DNA of 64,000 nt from Selaginella moellendorffii (taxonomy: Eukaryota > Plantae > Lycopodiophyta). The notes beneath the pieces were generated by a model. The model made no database searches, was not told the origin of the DNA, and saw only the letters and a list, made by a program, of their open reading frames with translations. The translations under genes and the position numbers were made by a program. Shown here piece after piece: positions 51,185 through 62,000 of this stretch; the stretch's first letter is position 1; each line of letters starts with the position of its first letter. The DNA lies in contig NW_003314262.1 in NCBI RefSeq assembly GCF_000143415.4, forward strand, positions 3,150,603 to 3,214,602, written 5' to 3'.

Positions 51185-51960
51185 TCAATCCCTCCAGCGA
51201 TAGCCGCAATTGGGATTACAGCATACGAAAAATAGCGTCATCCCTTCCTCACCCCTCGCTGTTGCCTGATAGAGACAACAACGTAAGAACAATGTAAGAA
51301 AAAAAGAGGAGAGGATCTGGAAACTTTTTTCTAGTGTTGATTGATCTCTCTCTCTGTTTTTCTTTTTTTTTTTGTACCTGGAAGAAGACTGCTTCTCCAT
51401 GCTTGCATCGCGAGCATCGCACATCCTTTGTGCGGGGAAGCGTGGGATCCGACGCAACATCTTGGAGAACCTGCGTTCTCTCATCGGCTGTGTGATGAAC
51501 TTCGTTCCGATACACGCAATTGTTGTCGGCAGCCTCCTACAAAGTGGAATCCCAGAATTTGGGACAACAAAGTTTCAACGATTTTTCAAACCAAAGGAAG
51601 GATTGGAAGGAAAAAAGAGAGAGAGAGAGAGAGAGAGAAGAGGGTCCTACCTGGTGATCGCAGTTGCGACAAGCGTACAGGAGCAGCTTCTGGTCACGAT
51701 CCTCTTTCGGGTACAAAATATTATTGCTGCAAAGAAAAGAATTCGCGACGAAGAAACGGAGCAATTCACACCGAGGAAGAAATGAGCAAGCCACACCCAG
51801 ATTACGCGCACGAAATCTAGCTTACTGCTCCAATTTAATGAAACTTAGATGCTCACAAGCTCATGAAAAATAGATGTAGGGAGAATCCATGCTGATGATC
51901 TAAATGCCAGAAGCTGGAAAAGAAAGCGTACCACTCGCGGCAGAACTTCATGGTACTCAT
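51185..51960 (-). CDS. NRPB9: RNA polymerase II subunit 9 (shared Pol II/IV/V); multi-exon
   Basis: [10 protein letters not shown] / NNILYPKED...YACRNCDHQ / [24 protein letters not shown] / [18 protein letters not shown]. Confidence 0.96.
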
Positions 51961-52031
51961 TGTTGGCGCTCCTGTAGCTCGCTTCTTCCTCTAGAGAATG
52001 ACCTAGGGCTCTTCCAAGCACGCGCGATTTA

Positions 52032-52066
52032 TGACACGTGGACGGAGGCTGCTCTGCCACGTCAGC
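52032..52066. promoter_or_regulatory. G-box/ABRE-like pair in the short NRPB9-GAPN divergent promoter
   Basis: TGACACGTGG and GCCACGTCA. Confidence 0.4.
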
Positions 52067-52210
52067 TTCACTGCGTGTTTGCCCTAATTCCCAACGGCAG
52101 AAAGGACGCGTCCCTTCAGCCCTAAAAATGCGGGGGATCGTTTTTTAGGGTTCTTGGGATGCGCAGGGTCGATCTTCCTCCCTAGGGTTGGATCCGATCC
52201 ATCGGGCACG

Positions 52211-54449
52211 CTGGAGTGCATTCGCGGCGTCCTCAGCAGCTGCGGCTGCGATGGCGGCCTCGGATTGGGGCTCGCGGGACAGGGCCCCTTCAAATCCGTG
52301 CTCGACGGCGACGTCTTCTGCTACTACGCCGACGGCGAATGGAAGACTTCGTCGTCGGGGAAGTCGCTCGCGGTTCTCAATCCTTCCAATGGAAAGACGC
52401 AGTACAAAGTGACTGGTAAGCTAAATTCCTCGTCCTTTTTCTTCTATGGCGAGAATGTAGTGTCTAGCCCTTTTTTCATTCCTTTTTTTTCTTTTGCATT
52501 AAATCCCTGCATTTCTCTAGGATCTAAAGGTCGGTCCAGTCCGGAAACATAGAAAGGAACTTTTTCTAAGGAAAAGCCAATGCTCTCTACTACAGCTTGT
52601 ACGAGAGATGAGGTGAATAAGGCCTTCCAGAGTGCTAAGAAAGCACAAAAGGAATGGGCAAAGGTGCCCCTGTGCAAGAGAGCCGAGTACTTGTACAAGG
52701 CTGCCGCTATTCTAAAAGCGCACAAAACTCCCATTGCCGAGTGCTTAGTGAGAGAAGTTGCCAAGCCCGCCAAGGATTCAGTGACCGAGGTCCATCACCT
52801 TTTCTTTTCTTTTCGTGTGAGTGTCTTCTCAACTTTTTGTGCTGTTCTATAGGTGGTGCGCTCAGCAGATCTTATAGTTTACACTGCTGAAGAAGGCATA
52901 CGTATCCTATCGCAAGGAAATTTTCTAGTCTCCGATTCTTTTCCCGGGAATGACAGAAACAAGCTTTGCTTCACATCGAAGGTAATCAAAGATTTGTCTC
53001 GTTTGTGTTTTTCTGTGCCGCGACACTTCTTAGGCTCTTTCGTTTGTATTCAGTGCAGGTTCCTCTTGGGGTTGTTCTTTGCATTCCTCCGTTTAACTAT
53101 CCAGTGAACCTGTCTGTATCCAAGCTCGGCCCGGCTTTGATTGCTGGAAATGCAGTGGTGTTGAAGCCTCCAACTCAAGTATGACGTTCATCATCTCACG
53201 GGACTCTCGACTTTTTCTTATTTTGTTTTATCTCTCGCAGGGAGCTGTCTCCGCTATTCACATGATGCATTGTTTCCACTTGGCTGGATTTCCAAAGGGA
53301 TTGCTCTCATGCGTGACGATAAAGGTCTCTGAGCTTGGTGATTACCTGACGACACATCCCATGGTGAATTGTATCAGGTGCGTGAATCATCCCTCAGGAA
53401 CTTTACACTCAGCCTTGACTTATGTTATTGCAGTTTTACAGGTGGATGCGAAACTGGAATCTCCATTTCCAGAAAGGCAAACATGGTCCCGCTACAAATG
53501 GAGCTGGGTGGCAAGGACGCGTTTATTGTTCTTGATGATGCAGATCTTGAGGCTGCTGCTACGAATGTGATCAAAGGTGGCTTTGCTTTTAGGTGCGTTT
53601 TGCAGAGTTTTTCTCTTTTTTTATTCATGGTTTTGTTGTTCTCGTGTAGCGGGCAACGGTGCACGGCAGTTAAAGTTGTGCTGGCTCAAGAAAGTATAGC
53701 GGATACTCTAGTGAGCAAAATCAACGCCAAGGTCGGAAAGCTCACGGTCGGGCCACCAGAACAGGATTGTGATATTGTTCCAGTCGTCAGCGATGCTTCA
53801 GCCAACTTTATCGAGGGGCTTGTGAGCGATGCAAAGCAAAAGGGTGCAAAACTATGTCAGGTACCATACTATAGACTACAGCATAGCAAACATTCCTTCG
53901 ACTCAATCATTCTGTTTTGCTTGTTCCAACCAGGATTGGAAAAGGCAAGGAAATCTCATCTGGCCTATTTTGGTAGACAAAGTGAAGCCCGAGATGAGAA
54001 TAGCGTGGGAAGAGCCGTTTGGTCCAATTATCCCAGTGATCCGAATCAAGACGCAGGAAGAAGGCATCAAACATTGCAATGCGAGCAGATACGGGCTCCA
54101 GGTTCGCTAGGAAAACTATACTTTTTGGAAAGTTTCTAACTATTTCGTTGTTTTTCTAAAATGCAGGGGTGTGTTTTCACCCAGAGTCTTGACAGAGCGA
54201 TGCAGGTGAGTGATGCTATGGAAACTGGAACCGTTCAGATCAATGCTGCACCAGCGAGAGGACCGGATCACTTTCCATTCCAGGTTTTGTAGAAACACTC
54301 TAGAGTTTCGCGGTGCTTAAGAGAGCTCCTTGCAGGGTGTTCGAGACAGTGGCATTGGGTCGCAAGGGATCACAAACAGCATCAACATGATGGTGAAAAT
54401 CAAGACGACTGTTATGAACTTGCCATCAAACTCGTATACCATGGCTTGA
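52211..54449 (+). CDS. GAPN: Non-phosphorylating NADP-glyceraldehyde-3-phosphate dehydrogenase (ALDH11); start codon uncertain
   Basis: [15 protein letters not shown]; [10 protein letters not shown]; KPPTQG; MELGGKD; SGQRC; EEPFGP; [10 protein letters not shown]; stop TGA at 54447. Confidence 0.93.
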
Positions 54450-54545
54450 GAGAACCAAAAGGTTTGCGAATGTTGACCAGCTAAAACTTTTCTCTTATCA
54501 CACATAGTTTACATGCGAACAAAACTTCCGAAGAGGTTGCAATGA

Positions 54546-56619
54546 TCAATGATTCATCAAGTCGAGAGACGAGCCACCATCCTCTCGACCAAGTAGAAAC
54601 CAGCGAACACCCAAGTTTTGCGCAGAGTATGTCATGAACACCGCGAGCACCATCCCCGCTCCAACAAACGTTCCCACCCTGTTGAAGAAAAACTTTCTCG
54701 TCATTGATTCTCGCCAGAAGCTTTGTTTACCTCGCAAACATGGCCGTGATTCCGAGAAGAAACGGCAAACAGGGAACCAGGAGAGTCAGAGCAGCCATCC
54801 CAAAGCCATACGACGTTGTTTCCATGTCCCAAATCGACGCTTGCTTAGAGTGACCTGCTACGGAAAATGAGCGTCTCGCTCGCGAGAAGTGCTTTACCTT
54901 TGTATGGCGGCGAAGATGAGCTTGACGTGGATTTCCCCCAGTCGTAAAGAAGGCCGAGGAACGTTCCAAAGCTGAGCGAGAACAGAAAAATTGTCCACTC
55001 GTAGAGAAGTAGCATTCCGGTCCATGGCATCACTTGACGGGGAATAAGGTGAAAAGCTGCGCCAGCTGATAACAAAGCCAGCACAAAGCAAACGACGATG
55101 GATATGAGAGCAATGTGCTTGGTATGGCCATTCTGTAAACAAACACGACCGCTTCACGTTAGTTTCACGCTAGAGGAAAAGTACCTGGTAGTTTGCACCG
55201 TTTCCAGCAGCCGAAAGAACACCCAAAACTGTCCTGTACAATCGAAACTGCCGCATCCATCCACAGAGGGAGGCATTGCAAAGAGGAGTACGAACGCCCT
55301 GGGAATAGCTTATCTAGTAAAAACCCGAAAGTATGAAAAGTATAAAGCTCACATTTGGAGGACGACGTCGGTACCAAATCAGTAACGCCACAAGGAAAAC
55401 TGGAAGGACTGAGAGCACACCGACGACGAATCGGTCGTGTGGAACTAGTCCCCCGCCCGTGCCTGGCAAAGAGCTCTTTAGAGACCTCCGAATGTCCTGC
55501 GAAGAGGCTTAAGTTACAGACTTTTAGATGAGATGAGCGTTTCCAGATTACCTGCCATAGATCGACTGGCTTCAAAAGCCACTCGGTCCACCAGTCCCAA
55601 GGTTTTAGAGGACCGAGAGTGTAGTGAACAACGCGTAATTGGCTTCCATCAACCATCCACTGCAAGAGTTAAAGCTCGTTAACGACATGAAGAAAAGAAC
55701 GTCCGAGCGAGTACCTACTTTATTTGCCAGTACGTAAAGCCCGACGTCGGCATTGTAGAGGGTCGAAAGTCGCTCCATTTGCCGCGGTGTTCTTTGATCT
55801 GGCTTGAGATTGGGATCAAAGAGCTGTGCATTGGGAAAGTCGGGGTAATAGGAGTTGAGGAAACCTTGATCACCTGCGAGCAGCGATGATAAGTTTGTAA
55901 GAAAGACAGTTTTTCTTCTAGACGAACCTCCAGTGTACGAGGGGAGCGTACTAACTTTCTTAAGCATGTCGTCGAAGAGTTCTGCCGAGGGCTCTACGAC
56001 CATCACCCCGGAGTTGAGACGCTCGGAATGTTTGAGATTGGCACAAAACTTCTGGCACTGGAAAAGATCCTCAATGTCTTTTACGACGATTGTATCAGCG
56101 TCCAAGTATACAACTGCCAGAATCCCATTTCAAAGACAGAAAAAAACGAATAGATCACACACCTTTCTGGTACTGTGTCATGTTAAAAATCTTGAGCTTC
56201 GTGTAGACTCCCCAGAACCTCGCTGGGCGTTGCTGGTTGGGATTTGAGAGCAATTCGATTCGTTCCACAATCCATCCATCAGCCTGCTCAAAGATAAAAA
56301 TTAAAATGCCATCCAACTTACCAGACAAAACTAAAAACTAAAAAAGAGAACTTACTTCCAGAAGCCTGATCGCATCCATGGAGACACCGTCGGACACAAG
56401 AACTGCCAAATCCTTGCTCGTTCCCGTGTCACGAATGGATTTCCCAAGGACGCGCACTCCCAGCAAGAACTCGTCGCCATAGAGCAGCGTCACGTATGCC
56501 TGCGTCGATCGCGGCCTCTTCGGCTCCCAGATCTTCTGGTGGACGCCAAACGCATCCGCGACATTCTTGATCAAGGCCGCAATGCAGCACAGCGACGCCA
56601 GAAGAATCAGCGCCCTCAT
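54546..56619 (-). CDS. IPUT1: Inositol phosphorylceramide glucuronosyltransferase (GT8, PGSIP6); multi-exon
   Basis: AYVTLLYGDEFLLGVRVLGKSIRDTG; DADT (DxD); LNSGVMV; GGDQGFLN; HYTLGPLKPWDWW; C-terminal TM exons. Confidence 0.95.
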
Positions 56620-56899
56620 CCCTAGCCTTGCTTGGCTCTCCTAAAATTCCATTCCCCGTCTACTCTGTTTCTAGGGTTCTTGATCCTAGGGCTGAGTCAT
56701 CCATTTTAAAACAAGATCGCATCTAGGGTTTTTAGAATTAGGGTTCTTGGCCGCCATAGTTAGGGTTCTTGCGCTTTGTGCGTTTTGTGCGATGATTCTA
56801 CCCAATTCCTCGTTCTGATTCGCCGATATGCGGCCTGTAGACAGAATCGAAGATCGCAGTTTCACTATGAGCACCCGTCTCGGTTCGTTTTGGGAGTTT

Positions 56900-56976
56900 T
56901 CCAGTGATGACAGAAATTTTTCTTTCATATCCATGCTAATTCTGATATCTGTGATGGAATTTTCTGTGACTGAGGA
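56900..56976 (+). ncRNA. C/D box snoRNA, snoR53Y/snR53-like (18S A796-equivalent)
   Basis: C box GTGATGA 56904; guide TCCATGCTAAT complementary to 18S AUUAGCAUGG; D' CTGA 56942; C' GTGATGG; D CTGA 56970; TCC/GGA terminal stem. Confidence 0.8.
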
Positions 56977-56986
56977 TACTGCATTC

Positions 56987-57062
56987 GTGCGATGATGATT
57001 GGATTTTCCAGCTCACTCTGAGAAGATCGGTGAAGTTGATTCATCCCAAAAATCCTGAGCAC
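56987..57062 (+). ncRNA. C/D box snoRNA, U29/snR71-like (25S A2946-equivalent)
   Basis: GTGC/GCAC terminal stem; C box ATGATGA; guide CCAGCTCAC complementary to 25S GUGAGCUGG before D' CTGA 57018; D CTGA 57055. Confidence 0.8.
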
Positions 57063-57106
57063 TTTTTTTTGTTTTCCTTCTTGGGTCTCTTGGTATTCTT
57101 CCTCTT

Positions 57107-57194
57107 TTGCGCTGATGACCTCTAGCTTTTCATTGTTCCATCTCTGACCCCCCTGATGGAAAAAAAAAAATCGCTAAAAGAGTCTCTGAGCGAA
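57107..57194 (+). ncRNA. C/D box snoRNA with a guide for the 25S GAUGGAACAAUG region
   Basis: C box CTGATGA 57112; guide CATTGTTCCATC 57131-57142; D' CTGA 57144; C' TGATGG; D CTGA 57186. Confidence 0.7.
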
Positions 57195-57222
57195 TGTTTC
57201 TATCCTCCACTTTTATTCTCGC

Positions 57223-57302
57223 GTGCTGTGATTACACTGCTGAGAGAAGAATCTGAGCTCCAAAGCAATGAAGCTTCTTTTCCACCCATAGAATCTGAGC
57301 AC
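57223..57302 (+). ncRNA. C/D box snoRNA with a guide for the 18S AUUCUAUGGGUGG region
   Basis: GTGC/GCAC stem; variant C box GTGATTA; guide CCACCCATAGAAT directly before D box CTGA 57295. Confidence 0.75.
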
Positions 57303-58961
57303 ACGAGCTTGAAAAGTCCAAGATGCCATGGAAAAGAAATCGAATGTGTGTTATACTCGGGTACCCTGTAGCTTGTCGTATAGCCCAGTCAAAGTTCTTT
57401 TGCGGATGCTTCAAATTCGTCCGTGCGCCGTCCACTGAGGCAAAGCTGATGGTCTCGTGATTTCTATAATCCGCACGTCATGAGAATGACAATCAAATAA
57501 AAGGATGAGTGAGCTCACGATTTTTACTGGCTGAAGCTCTGGCCACGTTTATGACCGCTGCGCGCCGCGCTCGAAGAGGAAAAAGAGGCCGAGCACTCAA
57601 GTTTTTTTAGCAAGCAAACTTTGACGAGGGGTTGGATCACAGCCAAAGATATCAAAGCGAAAGGCCCCACACCTTGTTCGTTTTTTGCTGCGGACGAATC
57701 TGCGGCGGAGTCGTGTGACGAGCACCGCCTCTCAAAGTGAAGCTTGTCGAGATCGACGCTGCCATTCCAATCCAGCACGCCTCTCGCTCTCTCGGCTGCG
57801 TGGCCACTAGAAGCAGCAGATGTTGTCCGCTGAGATGAATACCAGGTGATTCACAGCGCGTGAGATGTTTTTTGTCGGATTTCACGAAGACATCCTGCGT
57901 GCGAGAGAAAAAGCCCACACCTGTACAGAAAAACAAAACACCATAAAAACTAAAGTTTTGCAAGATAGCAATGGCTTACCTAAGTTCGTGTGCCTTGTAT
58001 GTGAATCCAGCAATGCAGCAGTGGAACTGCGACGATCAAACGCTACTTCCGTCGTCAAAGTTTGGCAGTATTAGAGCACGCTTGCAAGCGAGTTTAGCCA
58101 AAACGAACCTTTGCTGACGGGGTCCCCGAAACATAATTCAGATGAGCACAGTGAGCGAGATATGCACGCCAGCATTTTTTGGATCCCGCACCACATCCAT
58201 CCATCACATAAGCGCTTCCTGCCAAGAAAATCAAATCAGATAAATATCCGTCAAAGTGAATGAAGAGACACCAAAAAAATCAAAAGCAGAACAAAAACCA
58301 CCGGAAAAATAAAGAACCGTCGAACTCAAGAACATAAGACAAGGAAAAAAAACACGCGAAATCGAAAGAACGAATGGAAGGAAAGAAAAGATTTACCGGA
58401 AATGGAAGACGATCTCGCCTTTCGGGACGATAGCACGGATTTGTGATGGGCTCGCTTTGGCCCACTCGCGCGAAGCAGTGCGAGCGGTGAGCTTCCCTTC
58501 TCGTCCAAAACATCTTACGTGTCGATCATAGGTGTCCAAGGGGGGACCCGAGCTCCCTCTTCTCAGCACGACAGCTGGGCCTCTAGTCCCTCTCAGATGC
58601 TTCCTTTGGAATTTGGCGCTTTACCCATGCTTCGCTCATCTCAAGCTGACACCACCACCACCTCCTTTTCCTGCTCCCCTCTCTCTCCTGAACTTCTCCG
58701 AGTGACAAGGATAAGTTTTCATCCGCAGAGAAGGAGCACTGCTCACTCGTCTTTGCTTGCAGAGTCTTTTCCTTTCCCACCCACCGCCCTGGTTGAAAGT
58801 CATGGAGATTCATTCACCGCCCTGTGCGCCTAGCATATGATCCGTATCTGCCCCCAGATCTCACTCCGCAAATCCCCGCAGCTTTCTTCCTGCCTCTGCC
58901 ACCGGAGTTCTACACACTCCCGCCTTCTTCATACTTCTCCACGAGTTTCCTGACTGCCATC

Positions 58962-60295
58962 ATGGAAAGAAATGTGAATCCTTCGCAAGTTGCAGCTCCT
59001 GGAGGCGGAGGAGCAGCGTCCCCAGCAGAAGCAGTGGCCACACCTGTGACAGTTGCTGTTCCACCAGCAGTTGCCGAGCTCCAGCTCCCCCCTGGATTCC
59101 GGTTCCATCCCACTGACGAGGAGCTCATGGTGCACTACCTCTCCAAAAAGGCCGCTCCTTCGCATCCTTTCACTGCTCCAATTCCCATAATTGCCGAGGT
59201 GGACTTGTACAAGTTTGATCCCTGGGACCTCCCAAAGCATGCATTATTCGGCGAGCGCGAGTGGTACTTCTTCAGCCCCCGCGAGCGTAAGTATCCCAAT
59301 GGTGCTCGTCCCAACAGGGCGGCTGCATCTGGCTACTGGAAGGCCACCGGCACGGACAAGCCGATTTGTAGCTCCACTGACGGCCGCAAAGTTGGCGTGA
59401 AAAAGGCCCTCGTCTTCTACAAAGGCAGAGCGCCGAGGGGGGCGAAGACCAACTGGATTATGCACGAGTACCGTCTAGTCGACAATCCCCACAAGCCTCG
59501 CCGGAAGGGCTCCAGAGTAAGTTTCAATTCCTCCAAGTAGTTGCATAAGTCCTGCATATTGGGGAAAAAAACAAAAAAAAAAAAAAAAAAGAGAGCTCGA
59601 GCTCATGAGTGGTATTAAAAACCGATGGCTTACTTTGGCAAGCTGTTCTTCTTTCGTTGCAGCTGGACGACTGGGTGCTGTGCCGGATCTACAGAAAGAA
59701 GACAAAGCTCCACAGAACGCCTTCCAAGGCGGACAACAAGCGGCCAGCTGCGGTTGCGAGTCAAACGGCAGCACCGCCAGAAGACGTGCTTGCCTCGTTG
59801 CCCGACCTTGACAGCTCAAGGATCTCGACGCTGCCGAGGCTCGGCTCCTTGAACGACTCGTTCGTACAAGGATTTCTGGCAGGGGACACCATCCGGTCTG
59901 GCGGCAATTCAATTGGTCAATACGAATGGACAAACAAGGAGAGAATACTCACCACTTCGGCCATGATGAATCAGCTAGCGAGGGAGGAGCCGTCGCTGTT
60001 CTTGCAGCAATACATCAATGGAGCCAATGGATTGCACCAGCAGCAGCAACAGCAGCAGCAGCACCACCACCACCAGCAGCAACAGCAGGAGCAAACATTG
60101 CAGCTCCCGGTCACAAGAGCACATAACTTCTTCCACGAGAAACAAGGTGCTCCTCAGCAGAACCTCAATTCTCGTCACCATCCTCGGCACCAGCAGCTCA
60201 ATACCCTGGAGGCTTTGTGGACTACACGAACTCGTTCCAGTTCTTCTCGACGTGAGGCATTACGTAGCCCGACGACGCTACTGACGATCGAGTAA
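58962..60295 (+). CDS. NAC transcription factor (ATAF/SNAC-like), 2 exons, polyQ C-terminus
   Basis: [14 protein letters not shown]; [19 protein letters not shown]; GYWKATG; NWIMHEYRL; intron 59517-59662; [10 protein letters not shown]. Confidence 0.95.
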
Positions 60296-60772
60296 AGTTA
60301 TTCTCATATAGCGGAGAGAGTTTCTTGCTGGTTGCAAGTCGTGGTGGCCTTGAAATTTCTGTTCAAAGATATAGCAAGCATACTGAAAATCGATGTCAAT
60401 ATCAGACTGTAACAACAAACAGAATATATCGATGGATAGATAGATCGATGGAGCTTGCCTGTACATGTTTGCCTTGCTTGTTGATTCACCAGCAAGATAG
60501 ATCACTCACAGTGTGCACCACTGTGCCGCTGTTCCTCTCTTTTCCTGATTGACATAGACATGTACCTATAGCTCCAGAAAAGTACAAACCAATGGAGAGA
60601 CCTTAAAGAGCTTACCATGACTCGTCACAAGCGCATCGAATCAAAGCGAGCGACGAGAGAAAAGAAAGTTTGGCCCACAACCTGAAGAAAGAGAAGGCGA
60701 TTGAATCAGCGGCGAGTCATCCAGCATAAAAACAAGAGGCGTTCCAGCTACAACAGGACAGATTATTAGCAG

Positions 60773-60775
<3 letters not shown>

Positions 60776-60809
<34 letters not shown>
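60776..60809. repeat. (CT)n microsatellite
   Basis: Direct CT run. Confidence 0.9.
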
Positions 60810-60815
<6 letters not shown>

Positions 60816-61313
60816 AGAGTTATACACAAAAATCCAGGCCATGCGATCCAAAGCACTCTAGATCGTGCGATGGAGCTCAAGAACGCAACAGAATCCAGGA
60901 ATTACTCGAGAATGCGAGCTAGACGATCAATCCCGACCCCATAGCTTACCGATTGGCGCATTCCACCGGCGCCTGGCGGCGAGGCGCCATCGCCACTTTT
61001 AAACCTAACGAAGACACGTGGAATGTAGGGGTTTATAAGTGTTCTTCTTCTGCAGCCCTAGATTTTGGCTCTTGGCGATGGCGAGCGGCGTCTTTGCGAT
61101 CGATCAGGTAAGAAATCCCTAGGCGCGTCGTGTTCCTCGGCTCGATCGAGCTATGGCGCCTTGATTCAATCGAAGCAGCGCTTAATTTGAATCGAGGAAA
61201 CGCTCTAGCTTTGCTGGAATGAGGGAGTCTCATAGCATTCTTTTTTACTGGTCGCTTGGCATTAAGTAGATTATTCGCGTGTGTTCATCGTCCTGGTTGA
61301 AAGGAACCGACCG

Positions 61314-61433
61314 CTACCGCTGTGGCTGTACCGTGGAATTCGTTTGCGTGCTTTCTTCTTCCTGGTAGGATATATAAGTTGTCATGCACATCACGGTGTG
61401 TGGTGTGATTTAAGCCTTTGACTGCTTACATCG
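61314..61433 (+). ncRNA. Probable H/ACA snoRNA in an intron of a short non-coding host transcript
   Basis: Hairpin 1 CTACCG/TGGTAG; H box ATATAA 61372; hairpin 2 with CACATCAC/GTGGTGTG upper stem; ACA at 61428-61430. Confidence 0.55.
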
Positions 61434-62000
61434 CTGGAATTTTATTTTTTCTTCCTCTTCTTCTTTCCCTCTTTGATTGCCCAAGATCTAAGCACAGATT
61501 CGTTCCTGCTGCTACTTGGGCATGTTGATGTCACTCATATCTGCCTGTAAAGTCTTGGATCCAAGTGAGATTTTCCGAAGAAGGGACTTTTAGTTTGTCT
61601 AGGTGGGGTTTTTACAGGAGAACGGACTCTTGGAGTGCTGGTACTCTATATAATAATGGTTGGAGTTTGTTTTGCAGATTACTAGGAAAGAAGTTGGTTT
61701 CTCTCAAAACATGAAAAATACACTCAATGGTACACACAGCGGTTTTGTTGCTGCTGCAAATCCAGGTGCTTTGGACTGTTTTTTTTTCTTGTTTTTTCCT
61801 TGAGCAAGCCTCTGCGGTCCAGAACTCACAACGGGAAATTCGATGCGGTGATAGGTACTTACATAACAGTGATCCATTCGGTCCAGTTGGAGCCTGGAAC
61901 TTCAGTCGGTTGTGAATCGTCGTCGCTGCTCTCGACATCCGCTGGTCGACGCGAGCGTTGTTTGTTACCGTCCGAATCTCAAGTCGACAAGAGGCCTCTG

